Source: the human T2T-CHM13v2.0 reference genome, Homo sapiens
Length of the DNA: 64,000 nucleotides
Assembly (NCBI RefSeq): GCF_009914755.1
Contig: NC_060931.1
Reading direction: 5' to 3' (one strand)
In this document: positions 58,236 through 64,000 of the stretch, piece after piece
Position numbering within the stretch: the stretch's first letter is position 1
Layout of the letters: each line of letters begins with the position of its first letter
Program-made: the position numbers and the translations under genes
Notes under the pieces: generated by a model
Told to the model about the DNA's origin: nothing
Databases searched by the model: none
The model's input: the letters and a program-made list of their open reading frames with translations, nothing else

Positions 58236-59889
58236 ATCTAACCAAAGTAATAATTCCCTCTACATTTATGTAACACTGTTCAAACCATTATTACTACAAT
58301 AATTTCCACATTGTTTTAGAGTTGTTCACACAAGTATTGTATATACCATTGCTGTCTCTCCAGCTTCCCAGCCCCCATGGACAAGGGGGGAAGGACAGGG
58401 ATCTTGCCTTATTTATTTTTATGACTATAGAGGCTAGAATGGAGTAGATGTGCACTAAATATTTGTTGGATTGGATCAAAGTTTTAAAATTCATTTTCCT
58501 TTGAGTAGAAAGAAAAATATTTACCTGGAAACTGTATTCAGATACTGCTGTAAACCTTGATAAGTAGATCAGGTTATTATGTCATTTATTATACTAATAT
58601 TTTCTGTGGTGGATCTGTTTTATTGGTTATATTCGAACATATTTAAATTTTCAGATTCTACTTGTTATGCCATTTAGACTATGCTTCCCAAAGCTGTAAT
58701 TATCATTACTTCGGGATCTAGGTAGAAAAACTAAATATAGAGCTTTGCATTTGTTAAAGTAAAATTTGTTGCTTTCTGAACTTGGTTTGGGCTCAAGTGC
58801 ACAATCTGGTGTATCCTTGGGTTTTTCTCTCCAAAATTTCTTCTGTGTTTCTATTATGACTATTAGTAGCATAATTTACTGAGGGCTTTCATATACTCTA
58901 AGTATCTATTTAATCATTTAGGTACCATAGCCCTGTTATTGATCAGCAGTTACCTTAATTATCAGGTTGATCTTAATCACTTTCAAAGAGATTGTATTTA
59001 TCATCAATCTTTGAAAGAACCTTTCTAGTCAGATCTTAATGATATGGCAGCCACATATAATAGGTAGGTGTTAAGTTTGTGGGAAGGAGAGTTGGGTGTC
59101 TGACATCCCTGGGATTGAATCCTGGCTCTATCCCTGACTTCTTATTCGATCTTGAATGAATTGTATTGATTAAAATGGTGATAATAAACTAAGTAATTGT
59201 GAGAGTTAAATGAAATAATGTATTTTGTATGTGCATATATTATTTATATAACATGCATTTGATATGCCATATATTAATATGCAGCAGTGATTAATTATGC
59301 TGAGAGAATTTTATATGACTCAAAGGAATTTTCTTTTGTGTGTTTTTTGCATAATTTGACAAAATTTCACTATGGAAATGTTTTAAAGTAATTAAAAAGT
59401 TTGTGAAAAAGTTTAAAACAACTTGAAAAGCAGTGTTGAGGGGAAAAAGTAACTCACTCATAATTCCACATTCTAAAAAACCAATGTTATTTTGGTATAT
59501 TTGTTTAATCTTTTATATAATTGGTGCCTTAGGAAGGGACACCATAAATATATTTATAATATTTTTGAGACAAAATACTAAAGTGCATATAAGAATTTTC
59601 TTGATGAAGATCAGGTAGGTTTAGTAGTGAAGAATAACTTTCTCTAAGTAGAGTTTGAACAACCAGGAAATTCCATGTTAACAAAATTGGTGCATAAGTA
59701 GTAAAATATAGTTTAAAGAAGCCCAGTTATTACTTTAAGTATGCATTTTAAAGTTTTCTAGCACAAGGATTCTTTATCTGTTGAAGTTAGGTGCAACATG
59801 TTGTCTGTTTGCAAATTTTTTCTAGGAAGAAAATCTGTGGCTTCAGATAATCAAAGAGACTCTTACTAACTCACAAAATTAAGAACACT

Positions 59890-60240
<351 letters not shown>

Positions 60241-60910
60241 TTATTTAACATGGCTTATATTTTAAAGCAATTGTTGCTTCCCGGTGTCTCATATACCTTG
60301 TTTTCTTAGATATTAGAAACTTAATAGTACCTAGCTTTTGTTTTCTTTTTTTAGTCTGTAGGGTTTTTTTTTTCCCATATTGCTGTCTTCTCTAAGGATA
60401 CAGTGACCATTTTAAAAGGTGTATGATGGCACAAATTTTATTATTTAATTTTCAAAGCTTTCTTCCCTCCTAAGGGAATCCTATCATTCATGCCATGGTA
60501 GAGAAGGAATGTTGTATTCTGTCCTACTGAATTTGTCCTACTGGATCAGTTTTATTAATTGTAATCCCTATACCTGGCACCTCTCCACTTAAGATTCTTC
60601 AACTGTGACTTGGGTTTCGACTGGGAAAAGAACAGTGAATAGAAAGAGAAAAGCCACGTCTATTTTGTTTCAGTGTGGAAGTCTGTTGAGTTAGAAATAT
60701 ATTAATAAATTTCCATTGTGTTAGGCTGTTCCTTGTTGTGTAACTCTCATTACGTTCTGAGAACCTACGATTTAAGCCTTTTTCTTCTTTCTCAATCAGA
60801 ATAGGTATGAAGACTTAGGCAAAGCTCTAATATTTGGTATCTACAAAAGAAGTTGATGGAGAGTTGCTTGTCACTTGGAAGAGCCTTTCTGTAGAAATTT
60901 GAACCTTTAA

Positions 60911-61255
<345 letters not shown>

Positions 61256-62429
61256 TGAAAGTGCTTTTATTTTTTTACATGTGGTACCACATAGTTTTTC
61301 TTGATGTTCCTTAAAGAAACTTTTGAAGAGAGTGCCTAAACATGGGTTTTGGTTGCTATTACAAATTTATTCATATGGCTGTACTTCTGAAAGTAATGTG
61401 CATCTTTCTTTTACACTGTTAACAGAAAGAATTCTGAAATGCAGACTTCATTAGGAATACAAAGTATATTGTCATAGGCATAACAATTCAGCCTTTTAGT
61501 AAGGAAAGTAACTGTATGTTGAATTCACCCAAAAGATTTAGATAGTGTTGTAATCATAGCTTTATGTAAGAATACAGTTCTATTTAAAAAGGGAGGCAGT
61601 GAATTCAGTTGATGATCTGCTGGGTCATGATACTTCAAGGGGATGGCTTAAGAAGGGAAAGGTAAAGAGCATATAAAATATTTTTCCCCTCTTCAAAAAA
61701 TTCAAAAATATTTCTGTCTTCAAAAATTGTCATGTTAATTTAAGTCTTACTGAACTTCACTTTTAGAAGCATTCAGACTCTATCTAAATATTATAGAGTT
61801 TTATTTCTATCTTAAAGATAAATTTGTTTCTTAAAACCTTTTTTTAAAAAATTTTTTTCTCTCGGTGTCTTAACTAAGAATTAAGGTAACTTCTTTCACC
61901 AGCCTGTTAACCCTTCCCCTGCCTCTTCTTTTTGATACATGAATTTTGTCTAAGTTTTGGGCCCAGGCTATGTCAATGCGTAGTATACACATCCTATACA
62001 GTGTCAGAGTGGAAAAACTGATTTAATTACAAAAGTAGTGTGCCATCTTGTGGAGGATTATGCAATCAGCACAGTCTGATTTATCCTAAAAATCAAAGTA
62101 GAAGACAGATATTGCACTTGGGCACTAAAAATAAAAAGCCTATTCCATTGTGCAAAAAGACACTGAGATGTCTTTATATACCTTACATTTCTACATTATT
62201 TTTAGTGCATATAAGATGTGTAGATTGGTACTACTGGTAGTCGGTAGCTCCAGGGTTTGTTTTATACTGGTACCAAATTGGTACATGTACTATACCAAAG
62301 AATGTGGTTGAATTTTAGTTTTTGTGGCCTAAGTAATGAAAAATAGATTGATTGGTGATTGACTCAGTGTTTTAGAATGAAATTTGTTTGCCGTTTCGAA
62401 CATAGGCCACTTTACCTCCAATCCCTGTC

Positions 62430-63232
62430 ATTCTCAACTCCTTCAGTCAGTCCTGTATGCTGCAAGTTCAGATGTTACCTTGCTACCCCTCTGCCTAAGA
62501 TCTTCTGTGGCTTCTCCACTGTCTGTGTGGAGTCAAGTTCAAAGTCTTTATCCTGTTATTTAATCCCTTCCATGATCTGGACACACCTGTCTTTTAACCT
62601 CCTCTCCACCTCCTACCTATGTGTTCTTTTAAATCAAACAGTGTATTTATTCATCACACAGTTTAACCATTTAACATGCATTATTTAATTTAATTTAATT
62701 CTCACAGCAGCTTTATGGGATAGATACTGTATCACATCTTAGAGATTAAGAAACCAATAGTTAAGGAACTGTGTGGTGGTCACATAGCTGTGGTGATAGA
62801 GCCAGGATTGTAGCCAAGATCTGCCTGACTAGAGTACATGTTCATTAAAACACTTTTGACGTGTTTTTCTGTCTCTATACTTTTGCTATTCTTTTTACTC
62901 TGTTTGAAAAGCCCTCTTTTTTTTTTGTTCTGTATCCTGCCTTCCTGCTGGTGCATAGGTCAAATACCACTGTTACCATGAAATCTCTTCTGAGTCCCCT
63001 CAGCCAGATATACTGTCTTCCCTCTTTTGAACCCTCATGGTGCTTTTTACCTTGTTTATCTTTCTTATGACATTTAGTCTGCCCTGCGTTATGTTGCTCT
63101 ATTTGCCTTTTGATATTCTTGGCTAGATTGTAAGTTCCTTGAGGATAGGGACTGGGGACTATGTCTTCTTTCTTTTGAATTCTCTAAAGTGCTTTGCGAA
63201 TTCTCAGTACTCAAAAAGTGTTGAATAAACAT
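62430..63232 (+). mobile_element. L2 3' fragments with a MIR (about 62670-62850, minus strand) inserted
   Basis: ctagattgtaagttccttgaggatagggact...gtactcaaaaagtgttgaataaa (L2 end); ggtcacatagct...agagccaggattg (MIR). Confidence 0.65.
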
Positions 63233-64000
63233 TCCTCAAAGTGCTGGGAGAAATGGATAGACACTATAGCCTATATCCCATTCAGAAAAAATATAGAGAA
63301 GGGGTGAAGGGGTTGCTCCTTGAAGAGGATCGTACTACCCCAGATGTACATGAATTATTATAGAACCTATAAGCATGAGAATGGGCTTCCATAAACCAAT
63401 CTACTACCCTACTGCAAATATTAATGCTTTCTTTTTTCTTTCTACTTCCTTCTCTCTACAGTTCTCTCCAATTATATCCATAATTTTTAAAGGTCTTTGA
63501 TATCCTTTGTGCATTAAATAATACCTTTTCTGGTGTCTGTTTCTGGATAATAGTTCTTCTTTGCATGACTTAAATAATTAGATGAATTAATTAAAATTTT
63601 TGTTACGCATTTTCATTCAGGTATGTCAGAAGGCTCAGTTTCCATCCGATTCATTTAATTTTACTATTAAACTTCAGCTGGGACCACAAAGCTTTCATGG
63701 ATAGGAATGACATCTTGGCTTAATTCCATTAGGATGCTTACTGCGTGCCAGATTTTATTTTGCTCAGCTATCAATGAGGCTGTTGTGGAAATGTGGGTTT
63801 TCTTTGCTGTGAGAATTTATGCGTACAAAGAGACCTGCTTTTCAGAAAGAACATTGAGAACCCAGAGCCCAAGAGGAAGGGTTATTAAAGTTAATGAACC
63901 AGGGTAACCTTATCCAGAGGGTGCCCAGAAACACTATAAAACAAAAGGTCAATTGCTATTGCTATTTTAGTTATATACCCCCTCTCCAGGCTTCAGAATT

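Noticed and set aside
62268-62290. Short hairpin gtaccaa-a-ttggtac
   Set aside because: The 7-bp stem is too short to support an RNA gene or MITE call.

Overview
AT-rich, repeat-dense primate (human-like) genomic DNA lying entirely inside the MKLN1 (muskelin, CTLH/GID E3-ligase subunit) gene on the + strand. The window starts in intron 1, contains seven GT-AG coding exons (exons 2-8, about residues 33-283: discoidin domain, LisH, CTLH and the start of the kelch region) and ends in intron 8. None of these exons appears in the ORF track; the listed ORFs are Alu/L1/Tigger read-throughs or chance ORFs. The introns carry about 25 Alu copies, L1, L2, MIR, MaLR LTRs and DNA transposons (near full-length Tigger1, MER1, MER30, MER58, Charlie). 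Most notable observations: (1) a TAGTAG tandem acceptor at exon 6 whose upstream AG inserts an in-frame stop at the discoidin/LisH boundary; (2) a snaR-like (ASR/CAS-type) Pol III small-RNA retrocopy fused to an Alu inside one 24-bp target-site duplication (TSD); (3) a young L1PA 3' end carrying about 127 bp of apparently 3'-transduced DNA inside one 15-bp TSD; (4) a perfect 128-bp tandem duplication in old sequence; (5) candidate poison splicing events (alternative donor after exon 8, cryptic exons) and inverted Alu pairs. No prokaryotic-type system (CRISPR, operon) is present. Gene identity, exon numbering and repeat subfamilies come from recalled sequences and were not confirmed by a search.
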